64,000 nt of DNA, taken from the NCBI RefSeq assembly GCF_963853765.1, contig NC_088858.1:46872001-46936000 (forward strand), written 5' to 3'. Numbering within the stretch: position 1 is the stretch's first letter; every line of letters begins with the position of its first letter. A program made the translations under genes and the position numbers. This DNA comes from Magallana gigas (taxonomy: Eukaryota). This document shows positions 26,401-39,903 of the stretch, one piece after another. The notes below the pieces were generated by a model. The model was not told the origin of the DNA. It ran no database searches and saw only the letters and a list, made by a program, of their open reading frames with translations.

Positions 26401-29400
26401 AATCCCTTACCGAGTGCTTATGTAGATAAATAAACCTAACAATGTTTATTGAAAATTTATAACTAAGATATTGGGGAGCTTTCAAGATAAGATGTCGCAC
26501 AAAACGAAGATCTCCAGTGTAAATTGATATATGACTTAGGGTCTAGAGTATTGATTGGGATTTTTTATTGCTATGTACCTTTGCCTAGCAACGGGACGCT
26601 ACATCTGTTGTTGATATTGATATATGGACTTAATGGAGCACTGCCTTCCCGATATCGGCATAAATACTTAAATTTTGCATTACAATTATGTTTGAGTTCA
26701 GATTTTGGTTTCTGAAATGATCAATCCTTAACATTGTCTCTTCTCATAAAAAGGGGCGTTGGTAATAATTTGAAAGGAGCAGTTTTATTGATTTACCGCA
26801 GGAAGTCTCTAAAAATCAGTATCCAAATCATATATATATGCTGTCTTTTAGCTGCCGAACGATTGATTTTATTGGCAATTACGTAAAGTTTAAATATTTT
26901 TTTAACTGCCATACTAAAAAACAAAGTTCAATTACCCGTGAACTCCTTCTTGTAAGACGTCATCCCCTCCATCTCACCCTCGGGTCTCCTGTACTGGTCA
27001 GGAACCCTCACAAACGGTTTCTCCAGGGGGTGCTTGATGAAATCTTGCCTAAAAAAATATACATAGTTATGTATATATTTTTTTTTTCATCACGATTAGC
27101 CAAGGATTTCTTTCTTATTCACTGTCTCAATCTCACTCTTACACACAAGGTTTACAAAAGGTTCACATGAGAACAAAAAATTAATCAAAATAATGATAAA
27201 CGTTCAAATCTTACTACTTGTATTAGTTCATACACTTTGATTGATCACAAAAAAGAGAAATAATATCATTTATGGGATTTTTTTAAAAAATTTGTTCATT
27301 TCTTTTTATCTTCTAAAGTTCTAGAGGGTCCTTACATCTTATCGTCTAACTGAGAGAAATGATATTGTGGGTCTAGGTCAAAAAATCCGCTCTTACATCG
27401 ATAAAGTTTGTTGGTGCAACAGCCTCTATGCTTATTGGCTTCGTCAACGTTTTTTTTTTCTCGCATGCTTCAAACACATGAAATAATGGTTTTTACACAA
27501 AAATCAATTAATCACGGGTCGTTGCGTTTTGATGTCCGGAATATGCCAATTGTGTTTTTTTTAAGGATATATACACACAATATTGGATAATAAAAATATA
27601 TACACAAGTTTAACAACAACCGTGACAACACAAGAAAAAAATCCATTGAGCAAAGTCAGGTGCTAGTCGACAACGCCGTATAAACAGAACAACCGAATAA
27701 CAGTTTATATCACAATGTTAGTATCAACTTGGGGGAAATTAGTTTTTTGATTAGCCAATTCAAAATTTTAAAATCCGGTACTCTGGTAGCCCGGATTTCC
27801 GCGATGTAGCTCTCGGTGATATTCTTCAGCTTTGGTTCTTTGACGAGCTGGCATGGTATCAATTTTGAATCCATCATCAAAGGACTTGCTAGAATTGCCC
27901 TGCAGGGGTCGACTTTTACCATAAGCAGGTTTTCCAAATAAAACATCAAGATCGTTTGCGGATTTTCCAAAAGGCGTTTCCCATGGTGCAAGGACCTTTG
28001 AGGGCCCGTTGTCTTCTAAATGGATATTTTTCTCTTTCAGCGCGGGGTCTTTTCTAAAGATGTCGTTTGGGTCCTTCTTGAACGTCTGCTGAACCTGATT
28101 AATATCCGGTGTTTCCCATGGAGCCTTTGTTTTAGTGTTACGGGATCCAAGTTTGACGACATTTTCTTTGTCCTTTCTGAAAAGATCGTCATGATTTTTC
28201 CCTCGGGTTCTGGAATCTGCAGATTTATCCCACGGCCACCTTGACTGTGGCAATGCGGATTTCTGCGGAGATGCTGACATATCCCATCTACTCTCATCGT
28301 GTACGGAAGATCTGAAGCTCTCTGCGCTTGACAAGTTAGACGAACGGTCCGGTCTCATTGCAGATTGGGGAGACGATGCTTTTTTAACCTTAAACCCTTT
28401 ATTGGTTTCTAGATCCAGAACAAGCCAGTATGGTTCGTCGCTCTCGTTATTTCTTCTTTGTGTGTCCTCTGTAGAATTGAGCCTTGACTTCTGGTTCCCG
28501 GAATTTTGTCTGCTCTGTCGTCTGCTAATGCTTTCATTTTCAAGCCTGGTCATGAAGTCATCTTCTACCCTTGGTGAATAGAAGTCGCCAATCACACCCT
28601 GAGAAACTTCCCTCTTTGTGAGATTCTTTATGGACACTTTCTCTTCATGCTTATTGTAGAAATCACCTATTTTCCTCTCTGAAGCTTCTCTTTGCTTGCA
28701 TTCGCCAAGTTTGTTCTTTGGTTTTCTTCCAATCTGATGAAGTCCATCTATGGACTGTGCTTTTTGCGGCATATTGCTACCTTTAGAAGAAGCTATATAC
28801 ATCCTTGTGTCCCCTTTGTCCAACCTCTTAGCCAGAGTACCTTCCCAGTATTTGTTTGCATCCCTTTGGGTGTTTCCAACTTTCCCTCCTCCCATTGAAC
28901 TTTCCTTTCTCTGTTCCCATTCCGACGTCCACTGAGCATTTGCATCTCTCTCTTTTTCTTTAGTTATGCCTGCTGGATTCCTTGGAGAAATTTGTTTCTG
29001 TTTTCCGTTAGGTTTTTTGCGATTTTGTTGTTTACTGTCATTATCTCCTTTGCTCACTTTCTCTGGTTGTTGGGTTGACTTAGGAACTGCCTCCTCTTCA
29101 ATTTTCATTGATTTTACAGATTTACCGTCACCTGCATCTTTATCCATAAAACTCTGAACTGTGAGTTCCTTCTTCACTGAATCGGGACCCTTGGCTTCTT
29201 GTCCACTTGTTGATGCGTTCTTGTTTCTGAAATATCCATCCCTACCACTAGCCAAGTCTGCCTTCCAATCTTCCCCAGCTTTATTGTTGCTTTGTTTCTC
29301 TCCCTCTAAACTCGCCATCTCTGTGGTATTCTTTTCTTCAGTTAAACGTTTCTTGCTAGGTATCCAAAGGTTCTTACATTCAGTGCACGGCCCTCAATCT

Positions 29401-32400
29401 CCGCTACCCTCTGATGTCTGTCAGAGTCGTCAAGTTTCCTCAGGTAAATGTAGCAATGGCTGCGGTTAATTGATGGGGGAATGGATGGGTGGTCAAAGAA
29501 GGCCAATCACGGATCTTCACTTACATGCTGAATAATTGATGCTGGGTTATAAGGGTGATCTGATGTTGTGAATTTGCCCACGATCATTGTAAACAGAAAG
29601 GAAACCAGCAAAAACCTTTAGACAGCCAGATTAGAAACAGGCGATGGGATAGAAAAGATGGATAATATTGCATTAATTTGGGTTTTTAAAAAAAATCCTT
29701 TTAATTGCGTCAGTTACCAGATAGGATTAATGAACAGAAATATAATTCAAAATTCCTTAAAAGATTTTTAAAAAAAAATTCAAATACCCACAGTACATAA
29801 TTAGAGACTCTGGGGGTGAAACACACAAAAAGACGGGAACTGATGATTTGTTTTTTGATTGCTAATAAATATGAACCAAGTTTGTTCTTTTGATTTTTTG
29901 GAAGAATTGGACACTCCACAGAATGGTTTCTGGGCACCTAGTGTTTACTTAAAAAGAAAACTTAAAAGATCTTACTAAGTAAACTCAATCATACAGGAGA
30001 GAATAGATTTGATCCCCTTCAAAGTGGCCCAGCATTAATATCTATAATTGACACCTGGGAATACACCCCATATTTACCTGCATAATAAATGGATTGTTGA
30101 TCTACCTTGATCCTTGTTGTCATAGATGATGTTAGGCATTGTCATAGAAACTTGGACACAAATGCAATATTAATGTGAAATATCCCAGTCTGCTACTTAA
30201 TCCTAATTAATTGGCATTTTAATTGACTTCCTAGACAATGTTTGTCTGATAACAAATCAGTTGAATAAAATGCTACTTATATGTTTATTATTGTTTGTAT
30301 ACGGAATCTTCAGTATAAATTGTATGAATTTTCTATTTTTGCTCAAAACAAATAAGTTCAATATGGTATTGTTTTTTTTTCTTGAAAATCCTCCCTTCCA
30401 TGCATAAATTATTCATTTACTGCTATTAACATTCAAACAGTACCTAGGGAATGCAAACAAATGGTGTATGCTTTTTGATAATAAAACAATGAAATTCTCC
30501 ATGCACAAGCCCTACATGCAAAATAGTACAAGTTTCCACATTCTTTATAGTAGTAAAACATCAATGACAGAAACAAAACAAGCTTGGTCTACATTTATAA
30601 TATAATATATATATAGGCGTGCCAGAATGTGCATTTGAATACGGTGAAAAAGTAAACATTCTCTGATTTAAAACCTAAATCCATAAAGCATAATAACAGT
30701 CAAACACTTTAGAGATCGAGTAAAGCAATCAAAACACTTCTCAGCGAATGCATTGATTCTGACAACGCAATGCATGTATTGCTGGTATAGCCATGACCTT
30801 TTGCTTGGATTAAAAAGCAACACATACCGTAATTTTGATAAAAGGCTTTAGTCATAACCATCTCTCTCTCTCTCTCTTTCTATTTATATAAAAGGTATTG
30901 AAATTGCCTTAACAAGTATTTTATCACTGAAGTTTTTTGGTATTCATATAACTGATTTAAACTTAAATATGATGTGTTAAAGTGGTAAATTATCAAAATA
31001 AAAAAATATATATATAGGATAGAGGAAACGAAACTATATTTTTGACCTTGACACTGTTTGAGGTCATATAGTCTCACCTTTGAGTGGTTTTGTCCTCAAA
31101 CTGCCCCCCTCTGAGGGCCTCTGCGGAGGGCTTGAAGGGCTCTCTCATCTGGAGGGGGTGCTGCTTGAACTCGTTGTTGTATTCTGTGAGGGTACATGGC
31201 TGATCTCCCTTGTTTATTACGTTTGTGGGGCGGTGAGGGCATCTGTGCCGTCTGTCAAAAGAATAAAGGGTTAACAGTTAAGAGTAAGGTTTAGGTAGCA
31301 AACAAAGAACACAAAAAGATATATTGAATACTATAAGGAACTCATTCACCATACAAAAGTGTTAAAAGTTGTACAACTGCATGAATGATTAAGCCAGAAG
31401 GTCGCCTATTCCACCAAGGTTATACAAATTTGAGATGTTTTTATACATTGGTACAAACTTATAGTAAATGTGAAAAATTGACATTAACTATACCAATAGA
31501 CTTCTTTGTAAGAGGTCATAACATATATAAGGATTAATTCTTACAATTGAATTCACTACGGTAAATGAATTATTTCAAGAAATCATTTATTTTCACCATT
31601 CATGAGAGCATAATTAAATTCAAACTCTTTAAATTCATGACTAAGGGTAACAATTGTGATCATCAAACTCCAACAGATTTATCATGCAGGGATGTAGATA
31701 TCAGGGGGAATGAAAGTGATGTAATGTCTCCAACAGATGTAATATTTACCAAAAAGAACTGTATTATAATAAAACTAGGATTTGTTGGTACATGCATGTA
31801 CATGCTTACTTTGGGTGAATTAATGGCTATGAAAATTAAATCAGAATGAACTTTGGTGATCATGGAAAATTTAGAGTGATCAGATTGAATATTTCAAATT
31901 TGGGGAAAATGTGAATAAACAATGTAATGACCAATTGTTTTACTCACTTTGGGTTTGTAGGTCTGAAGTATATAAAGTAAGCACATATAATCTTTGATAT
32001 ATTGCTGGAAACAACATTTTGTGTATTCATATTTGTATTTTTTGCATCACAAAAGGGTCCTCCACACCTTTGGAAAAAGTTTTTCAAATAATTAAGACAG
32101 AATTTCTATATTCCTTACAGATATTAATTTTAAGTGGGTGTTCAAATTGAAAATGACCAAAAAAGTTCAATTTTGGGGGAAAATCAACTTTTTAATAATT
32201 TATCACAATTCATAAAAGCAAAAGCAGCTCCAGTAGTATTTATCGATAAACTACCGGTAATGACCTGCAGGTCTGTAGACTGAAGCAAGCCGATTTATTG
32301 CGCTATACAGATATTATAGGCACCAAAGATTGATTAAAACTCCCATGTTGTGATGTAATGTTGTAAAAAGTAAAGCTTTAAGTCATGGGGGTGTCAAGGA

Positions 32401-35400
32401 CCCTTAAGTTTACTGTTAAAAAGCCACGCCTAGTGGTTAAGCTGTACCAATATCTTTATATATAATTTTATTTTGATTGTACAAATGAGCTAGGCAGGAC
32501 AATAAGCTGGAGCACAGACTTTTATCAGGAAACTCCAACATCCGAGATATCATCTGCTGCTGCAAATTAAAAACCTATCAATGTGCAAATATACGCTCAT
32601 GTTAATCAATTTGTCTCTTTAAAAAATGCTACTAGAATCTATTATTTTTCAATTTCAGAAGAAATAACTTAAGTTTAATTTCAAAGTTATCAGTTATTAT
32701 GATTTATTTACCTGTCAAAGTAGCCACTTTTGTTTATTACATATATACCCATTTATTACATATATACCCATTTATTACATATATACCCATTTTAGCACTG
32801 TGTGCCTTTTTTTGAATTATAACAGTACAGTTGCACAGGCATGTATATGGCCACAATCAAAGGAAGGTTTATGGATTAGAATAAAAAAGTAGAGTCATTG
32901 CAATCATCGGTACAGTATAGGCTAAGAATTGTACTAATATATGTATGTCTGGTTTTGTTTAGACTGGTATCACCTGGAATTTGAGTCCCCCCCCCCACCC
33001 CCCCCCCCCCCCCCCCCCACAGAATTTTTTTTTTTAAAAATGCCCTTTAAACAAAGTACATTGAAATTTCTTCTTTTCTAAGGACATGTTTTTGGACATA
33101 CCGTAATATTTTTGTTTTTGAAAGTTTTATGTACATGTGTTTATTGTAATAGACTTAGATTAGGATGATGTGAAGAATTGGTAACATAAAAATCTGATCA
33201 TCTTGATATGAATGAATTGGAATGATTTTGGCATTCAGTTTGAGGATTAAAGAAGATTCCAGTCAGCATTATAAACCCCCAGAGTGCCGGAGTATAGACA
33301 CAAAAGATTTGATTGGGTTTGAAATCCAAGGTCACTAGAGACAATCAAGTCTGTGCAGTAATGACAAGCTGGAGATAAATGATCTCGTTAATTAATCAGA
33401 GCAAATAATTAATTATGGATATGATACTGTGGTTTCATTAATTTTCGTGGGTACCAATTTTCGTGGAATTTCTGAAAACCACAGTTTCAAGGATACGTAA
33501 ATTCGTGGCCAATGATCCTATCAATACAAAATGTTAGTTGAAATTGAACTTCAATGAACATTTAATTTCGTGGATCAACTTAGGAACGAAATCCACGAAA
33601 ATTAGTATTCAACGAATATTGATGAAACCACAGTAGTCTAATTCATTGTATCTGGTACCTGAATGAATATAGAATCTATGTTTGATGGTTGACCCTTCTT
33701 GATGAAATGGGGGATGACATTTAGCTATTTATTGATGTATTGACCCATAATTCTAAGACAAAATTTTAACTTATAGATGATCCTACTAAGACATGAACAA
33801 ATCACTTTTTGTCAATCAACTCTTGCTCTATAGCTACCATGAGAGGTAATCTCAAACTTCATAGGCAATAATGCAACTAATTTTTTTTTGGTATAGACTT
33901 ACAGAAAGCAAACTTTGTAATTGGGAGAGGGTATGTATGTATATACAGGAGCAAGGCTTTGTCTGTTGCCCAACTCTTTTGACTATCAATATATATTATG
34001 TTTCAATTAAATTGAATGAAATTAGAATGTAAACTTGCAAAGAGATAGAGGCATGCTGTAGCAATTTCAGAGAATGCAGGATAAATGAGATTAGAACAGT
34101 TGTCTGCTTTATTGAAGGATATAGCTGACATCTGGAGTCGATCCATACCACTGCCTAATGAATAAACCTTCATAAGTTGTATATAAAAGCTCAAAGCAAA
34201 CAGGTTATATAATTAAAGTACATAAGTATATTACCTCGACCTGATTTGAGTTCCACCATTGGATATATTACAAAGTAGGATATAGATGAATTGATTCGTT
34301 AGTTAATCTTATTCATATCTTGATTAACATGATTATCTTCAATAACTAGTAAATATAAAAATTATGTAAATCTGTAATTTAAGGTACATGCTTTATTCTT
34401 TTTTTATATGCCCTCTTGCTCAGGGCAAGTCAGTGTGGATTTTAAAGAGTTTAGGTACATCTTTTATTGACTATTTTATATCTAAAATATTTTAAATCTT
34501 ACAGCAGGATATGTATATTCACATTAGTGATCAAACATATAATGGTCTCTGGGTGACATTAAAACATTTAGGAATTCATTCCTTGCTAGTACTGGTTTTT
34601 TAATAATGTGATAGAAATGAAATTGGCCTCCCTTGCAAAGAAAAGCAAATACGGTGAGAGAGAAAAGAACAATTCAATTTCATTGAAATACGGACCAGAT
34701 CTTAGATCATTTAAACTTCTCAGACAAAGATGTGAGTTTTCAAATACATATTCATAGCTATGAAAATAGCGTCCTTACATTTGCTGCATTTTGTAAGGTA
34801 CAGAATTCGTTTGTTTGTTCCAGTGAATGGAAGTTTAGGTTATAAACCTCATTTACAATTAATCCATGGCGACTACACTGATGCAAGGATTTGAGATCAT
34901 GATGAAAGGCTGTCAAAATGCGTAAACAGTCTCAGAAAAAAGTCTTCTTAATTAGGCCTAGCATACATCATAGATACGTCACTACTTACCAAATCATACT
35001 GACTAAAGGTTTTTAAAAAAAGGCCTCATCTTGATTCAGAGATAATCTTTGTATAAACACTACAGAGTTGTTCCCCTTTGAAAAGCAGCAGACAAGAGAT
35101 TTAAATACATATAAGGATGATTTTAAGTAGATACTATAGAATGGCTGTACTTAAACTATTACGGACCATCAAATGGACAATAAAGATTTCAACTCACATG
35201 GATTTTGTCACTCGTTAAACATAAATCTCATTCTTCTCCATGTAATATGCGAGAGTAATATTGAACTTTTTCAAAAATTATCTACATTCATTGATTTGAA
35301 TAAAATAGAATACCAGTACTCAATAATAGTAGCTTAAATATTATTTATCATAATAGAGTATATATAGTTTAAACGATAGGGCATTTACCCAAGTATTTTT

Positions 35401-36631
35401 AACTTTGTGTCTTAGTTAAGATGATCATTATCCCATGTATTTTTTTTAATGTTGTGACAATTAAGTGCTTTGATATATCAAATACAGTATATACTCGGCA
35501 CTTAGTAAGCATCATTTAATGATAGGATCATACATAGGAAATGAGTATTTAGTTTTAAAAAACTTAGGTGTGTATACCGGTAAATTATAATTAGAAGGAG
35601 TGGCACTGTGATAATAATTAAAATAGATGACTAAAGTGATGATGTTGTTAATAATTTTTGAATACCATGATTCAGAGTGCAATGAATTTATTTTTAATAT
35701 TTAAAAATATAAGAATGTACTGTATACAGGAAACTACAGTATTAAACTTAACAACATATGTCAAGTAAATTTATAACTATTTAGTAGCTTTAGTACGACT
35801 AAAGCAAAAGTATCTTGATATCAACTTTTCCCTTCAAATTTTTAGATTTCTCAAATTTTCAGTGATTGTATTGATTTCCCTTCAACGATTCAATGTATGA
35901 AAAAATCTAATGAGTTCAAGAACCGATAATCAAAGTCCCCCTCCCCTTTTAGGAAGTTATGAGGGTAGTTCTCCATTAAATACCCCCCTCCCCCCCTACA
36001 CTTTGTTGTTCTAAGGTAAGTTTTATTGTTTGTCAACTAATTAGCAGCAAGTATATATTATACAAACAACTGTTTAATTAATTATTCTACAAAACAAGAG
36101 TACATGCACAACATTTAGGAAGTAGACCTTAGATGTTGATTGAATAAACCATATGTATGAACATTATTTATTTACGCATTTGTAAAACTGTATATACTAT
36201 GTGAAACAATGAATGGAAATATGGGACCAGTACATTTTTATTATACAATTTTATCAATAAAGTTTGTACACGTTTACACTGAAATATGATTAAAACAATG
36301 TCCCTATTCACCATGCACATTAAATAATCATGCACGTCATCCATGGGAAAAGGAGTTTACAGCAGCTACTTTTCTTAATTAAGGTAATTATCACTACGGT
36401 ATATAGGACTCGTTAATTATTGATATAACAGGACAGGCCAAATTGCAAAAAACTGTACTTAGCACTTTCCATGACAATCTGTACACAATATACCTTATGC
36501 TACACACAAGTGCAAGATCATACTTGATAAACTGTCAATTAGTTAAAGTAACTTTTATTATAGATTTACTTCGATTGTTTATTCCTAAACACTTACCCAC
36601 AAGTACAGATTTCACAAATACACTTCTTCAT
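23402..36631 (-). CDS. SAXO1: Stabilizer of axonemal microtubules (SAXO/FAM154 family), 5 coding exons
   Basis: Exons 36631-36597 (MKKCICEICTCG), 31251-31078 (RHRCPHRPT...TEYNNEF...KTTQR), 27048-26936, 24791-24705, 24393-23402 (TAA), phases consistent. The N-terminal CICEICTCGRHRCPH is the SAXO signature. Mn-type motifs (TTFKRDF, TTNRNDY, TSYANDY, TMYRTDF) recur about every 34 aa. Likely co-orthologue of SAXO1/2. Confidence 0.9.
25078..25328. mobile_element. MITE inserted in a degenerate ~38-bp minisatellite (SAXO intron)
   Basis: TIRs GAACCATTTTAACAAGACCTTGGACTTT...AAAGTCCAAGCTCTTGTTAAAATGGTTC; flanks (24980-25540) carry repeats of TACAATATTACCGAGGATATTTAAGGTCCTTCCAAA. No clear TSD. Confidence 0.65.
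27768..29318 (-). CDS. Uncharacterised 516-aa K/S/D/E-rich ORF inside SAXO intron 2 (nested gene or alternative terminal exon)
   Basis: Uninterrupted 1.55-kb ATG-to-TAA ORF, richer in GC than the flanking intron, with no transposon motifs. Upstream GGCCAATCAC box at 29501-29510 and a phase-2-compatible AG at 29357-29356. Confidence 0.62.
   Translation of the reverse strand: MASLEGEKQSNNKAGEDWKADLASGRDGYFRNKNASTSGQEAKGPDSVKKELTVQSFMDKDAGDGKSVKSMKIEEEAVPKSTQQPEKVSKGDNDSKQQNRKKPNGKQKQISPRNPAGITKEKERDANAQWTSEWEQRKESSMGGGKVGNTQRDANKYWEGTLAKRLDKGDTRMYIASSKGSNMPQKAQSIDGLHQIGRKPKNKLGECKQREASERKIGDFYNKHEEKVSIKNLTKREVSQGVIGDFYSPRVEDDFMTRLENESISRRQSRQNSGNQKSRLNSTEDTQRRNNESDEPYWLVLDLETNKGFKVKKASSPQSAMRPDRSSNLSSAESFRSSVHDESRWDMSASPQKSALPQSRWPWDKSADSRTRGKNHDDLFRKDKENVVKLGSRNTKTKAPWETPDINQVQQTFKKDPNDIFRKDPALKEKNIHLEDNGPSKVLAPWETPFGKSANDLDVLFGKPAYGKSRPLQGNSSKSFDDGFKIDTMPARQRTKAEEYHRELHRGNPGYQSTGF
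29501..29510 (+). promoter_or_regulatory. NF-Y-type CCAAT box upstream of the nested ORF
   Basis: GGCCAATCAC about 185 bp upstream of the ORF ATG. Confidence 0.3.
33425..33635. mobile_element. TA-flanked MITE, family copy 1
   Basis: TIRs TACTGTGGTTTCATTAATTTTCGT...ACGAATATTGATGAAACCACAGTA; near-identical to 52479-52688. Confidence 0.85.
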
Positions 36632-36680
36632 CTTCACTGATTTCTTATCTCCGAGTTATTTTCACGCCTTTTCTTTAAAC

Positions 36681-36697
36681 CAGGGAGTTTGGTTACA
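36681..36697. promoter_or_regulatory. Possible imperfect RFX X-box upstream of SAXO
   Basis: GGTTACATGGACATAAC about 50 bp upstream of the ATG; spacing departs from the canonical 14-bp X-box. Confidence 0.2.
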
Positions 36698-39476
36698 TGG
36701 ACATAACAGGCGTTGTCAAGCACACCAAGCACCTGTTTACAATATGGTGGATAGTGACCGGTGAACCTTAACCGAAGGGGTGTCAGGTTAGAAATTTCGG
36801 GACATGATATAAATCATGATCGGACAATGAATATTGGAGTTCTTTAGATGGCTGTGACTGAAAATTTGTGTCAATTAAATGCAAGGACTTAGAATTGATT
36901 TCATGAACAGGCAATCAAAGTATTTACAATCAACCGTGAAAATGGAATCGTCTGATTTATCTGCATGTAAGCGAGATAACTTTAAATTTATTTTCTGAAT
37001 TAAAAGTTGAGGTAAAAAAATATAGAAAGAAAAAAACTACCAGAATTGAACCATTCAAACTTACATGCATAGTTAAATGATCGAAAATGGTCCCTATGCT
37101 ATGCAGAGTGAGACACACAATTATCCCTTGGACCCCTCCCTTTAGACACATTTTCTGGTCCTCCACATGTAGGCTACATATAAGGCTAAAATGAAAAATC
37201 CAGACGCCTTTCGTTAAAAATTTCTTTTAATTGTATAATAATTTCCTCTAAGCACTACATGCATGTATAGTATAGTAATTATTATAGTAGAGGAAATTAT
37301 CATTGTATAAAAAGAAACATAATATTCATAACGTCATCTGTGGTAGATGGTATATGAAATCCAGGAGCAAGTCTGCTGTACAGCCTAACTTACACATTAA
37401 TTGCAATGTGCATGTATAGTATTTTTTATTATTCTTCATAGGCCTATATCAAATACCAAATTCTGTAAGTCCTATTCATCATGCAACCTGATTAGAGTGA
37501 TTTCACCATGCATCGGACAACCTTGGATTTTTTTTTTCTGATCATTCGGCGAATGTTGGTTCGAATATAAGAGGAGCTTGTTTTAAAAGTTACAGGTTTC
37601 CGCCTTGCCTTAATCCCTGAAAATTTTTTGTTTAAAACATAGAAAATAAAGCAAAATTAATACAGTAACCATGGATTGGATAATATTCACCAAGCATCGA
37701 ACAGGCATAAGAGCAGAGATCCATTGAAAATAAAATTTTCTTAGTTCCATGCAAAATTTCAAAGTTTCGCAAATATGATTTTTTTTAGATTTGTGTTAAT
37801 GTTTATTCTTGAATTTACAGTCAGGAATTCAGACCAGCTATAGTGCTTCTGTTTAAAGGGGTATTCATCAGTGAAAGTTTCTTTTATCGTGCCAGGTGGA
37901 GAAGTGTTTTCTTCAATTTTATTTTAGAATTTATTTCAGTAGGCCTATGCACATGGAATATGCACCTCGCATGTTAATTATCATTTTTAGAAATCGTTCA
38001 TTAAAAACTACCCGATTTATGATTAATTTGTATCCGATCCACCGTAAAATGAGTAGAGCGAAAATGATCTTGAAATAAATTGCAAGATAAACAAAGACAA
38101 ATTTTAATGAAAATTGTCTCAAAACTTATTCCTTTTTTATTATTTTGGGTAAATGGTACCTTTTCACTAATTCATATTCAAATGCTCTTCATCCAAATTA
38201 TGCTTAATTTTGAACAAACTCTTCGTAAAAGTTAGTTTAGTTTAAAACATAATTACTGAATAAATTCAATTGGATTGAACAACAGGCATGGCCAATGTAT
38301 ATATCCTCTCCTTGTATAATAGGTCTGACATGTTATAAATTTTCGCTATATTATATAGGATAATATACATGGGGGTGGGGAGCGTAGTACACAAAACTTC
38401 TAATATAATGTTAATCTTGCTAGCATCTGTTATTTATAATACTAGTATGCTCCAAAAGAATACTTTCGAGAAAAGGTGGGTGCTACAATCTTGATGAAAC
38501 AGACAAAGATGTATTGTTTTAGATTTTGTCGTTAAATATAGCGCGTTCCACAATTTATTGTTACTAAAAAAACATGTATTCTACCTCAATTATACTATAT
38601 ATGATTTGTAGTTTGTGAAAAAAAACCTAGTTCATGATTGTTGATTATACGTTCAGTATGTTAACAATTCATCAATAAAACCGACAATTAGGCCTGCTCA
38701 TGTCTAACTATAGAGATGATTAGCCTAGTAATCGTGTAGATCTGTACTCGGTTACGTTAATATAGAAACTTAATACAGAATTGTTGATGATTTTTTTTTT
38801 GTAAACAAGCTTAAATTTTGGCAGACTGTGGCATAGAGTTAACTTCATTCACAAACCGGGATTTGTATGGGAATTCAAAATATGTTGCGCGCAACAATGA
38901 TAAGGAGTCAGTACCACTGTGTGTGAAAATGAACAGGTACGATTGAACCCGAAACCCCACAATACCCGGTTCACAGTAAAATATACCCCGAACTATTTCA
39001 GCCCCAATACAGAGTAAAAGTGTTAGAATTGTGAATGCCAGGTTGTAAAGAGGATGAGTGATCCCCCCTTACCAAAGAAAAATATAAAATAAGTTTAGTA
39101 AAAAAAGGAAGAGGGATTATCAACCGTGTCCCGGTGCTGGTTTAATAGAAATATTTCCAATTTGATTAAATTTTTTTATTTATTAATTATCCGAATTATC
39201 CGATTAGATTCAAACTGCTATAGGCCTGTAACAACCTAGCTATGTAAGCTAGTGCAGTGGTCACTATCAAAACTAAAAAAAAACTGCCATGTTTTTTTTT
39301 AGTTTTTAAATGTTTCAGTTTTTATTCGAAGACTTCAGTTACAAGATAGAAAATCTACTAACACATTCACTGGTACGTTCAAACTATTGATCTAGAAGCT
39401 GCAGGCAGGTGCGTGTTTAAGAGTCTGACATCATCATGATTATTTCGTGCAGTCCGTGATTTTTCTTAGGTCGCTG

Positions 39477-39660
39477 TAGGTTCGACCAATCGATAAACAG
39501 GGCGTGTAGATTTCACTCCTGTCAGTTTTGTGCAAGTTTTATAGTCGCCATAGGTTTCAACCAATCGATAAACGAAGCGTGTAATTTTCAGTCCTTTCAG
39601 TTTTCTTTGAGTTTCAGTCACTGTACATGTATAGGTTTCGACCAATCGATTAATGGTAGA
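39477..39660 (+). repeat. Three ~75-80 bp tandem units, each with a CCAAT
   Basis: TAGGTTTCGACCAATCGAT recurs with CCAAT at 39486, 39561 and 39642. Confidence 0.7.
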
Positions 39661-39903
39661 TTTCAGAGCTGCGAACACTGGTGAACTAAAAATAAGTTTC
39701 CGTAAGAAATACTGCAGTAGAGGGAATTAAACTCGGTAGATGTAAATATATGACTTAAAGATCCTAACACTAATTTTTGGAATACTGACATTCACACAGT
39801 TATTATACACGCTCGATTGTGCGTGCCAAACGGAACTTGAACTGCACTAGTGGTACAGTAATTTTATTTAAAAAAAACCCTTTTTATTTATTTCTTTTTA
39901 CAG

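Noticed and set aside
29523-29588. Mini-ORF MIVGKFTTSDHPYNPASIIQH followed by a GTAAGT donor
   Set aside because: No phase-0 acceptor found that joins it to the nested ORF without a stop; left unassigned.
33235-33340. Possible plus-strand exon (LRIKEDSSQHYKPPECRSIDTKDLIG) in SAXO intron 1
   Set aside because: No convincing partner exons or homology; the frame closes shortly after.
34003-34194. 63-aa minus-strand ORF in SAXO intron 1
   Set aside because: Short, non-ATG start, no splice-compatible link to SAXO.
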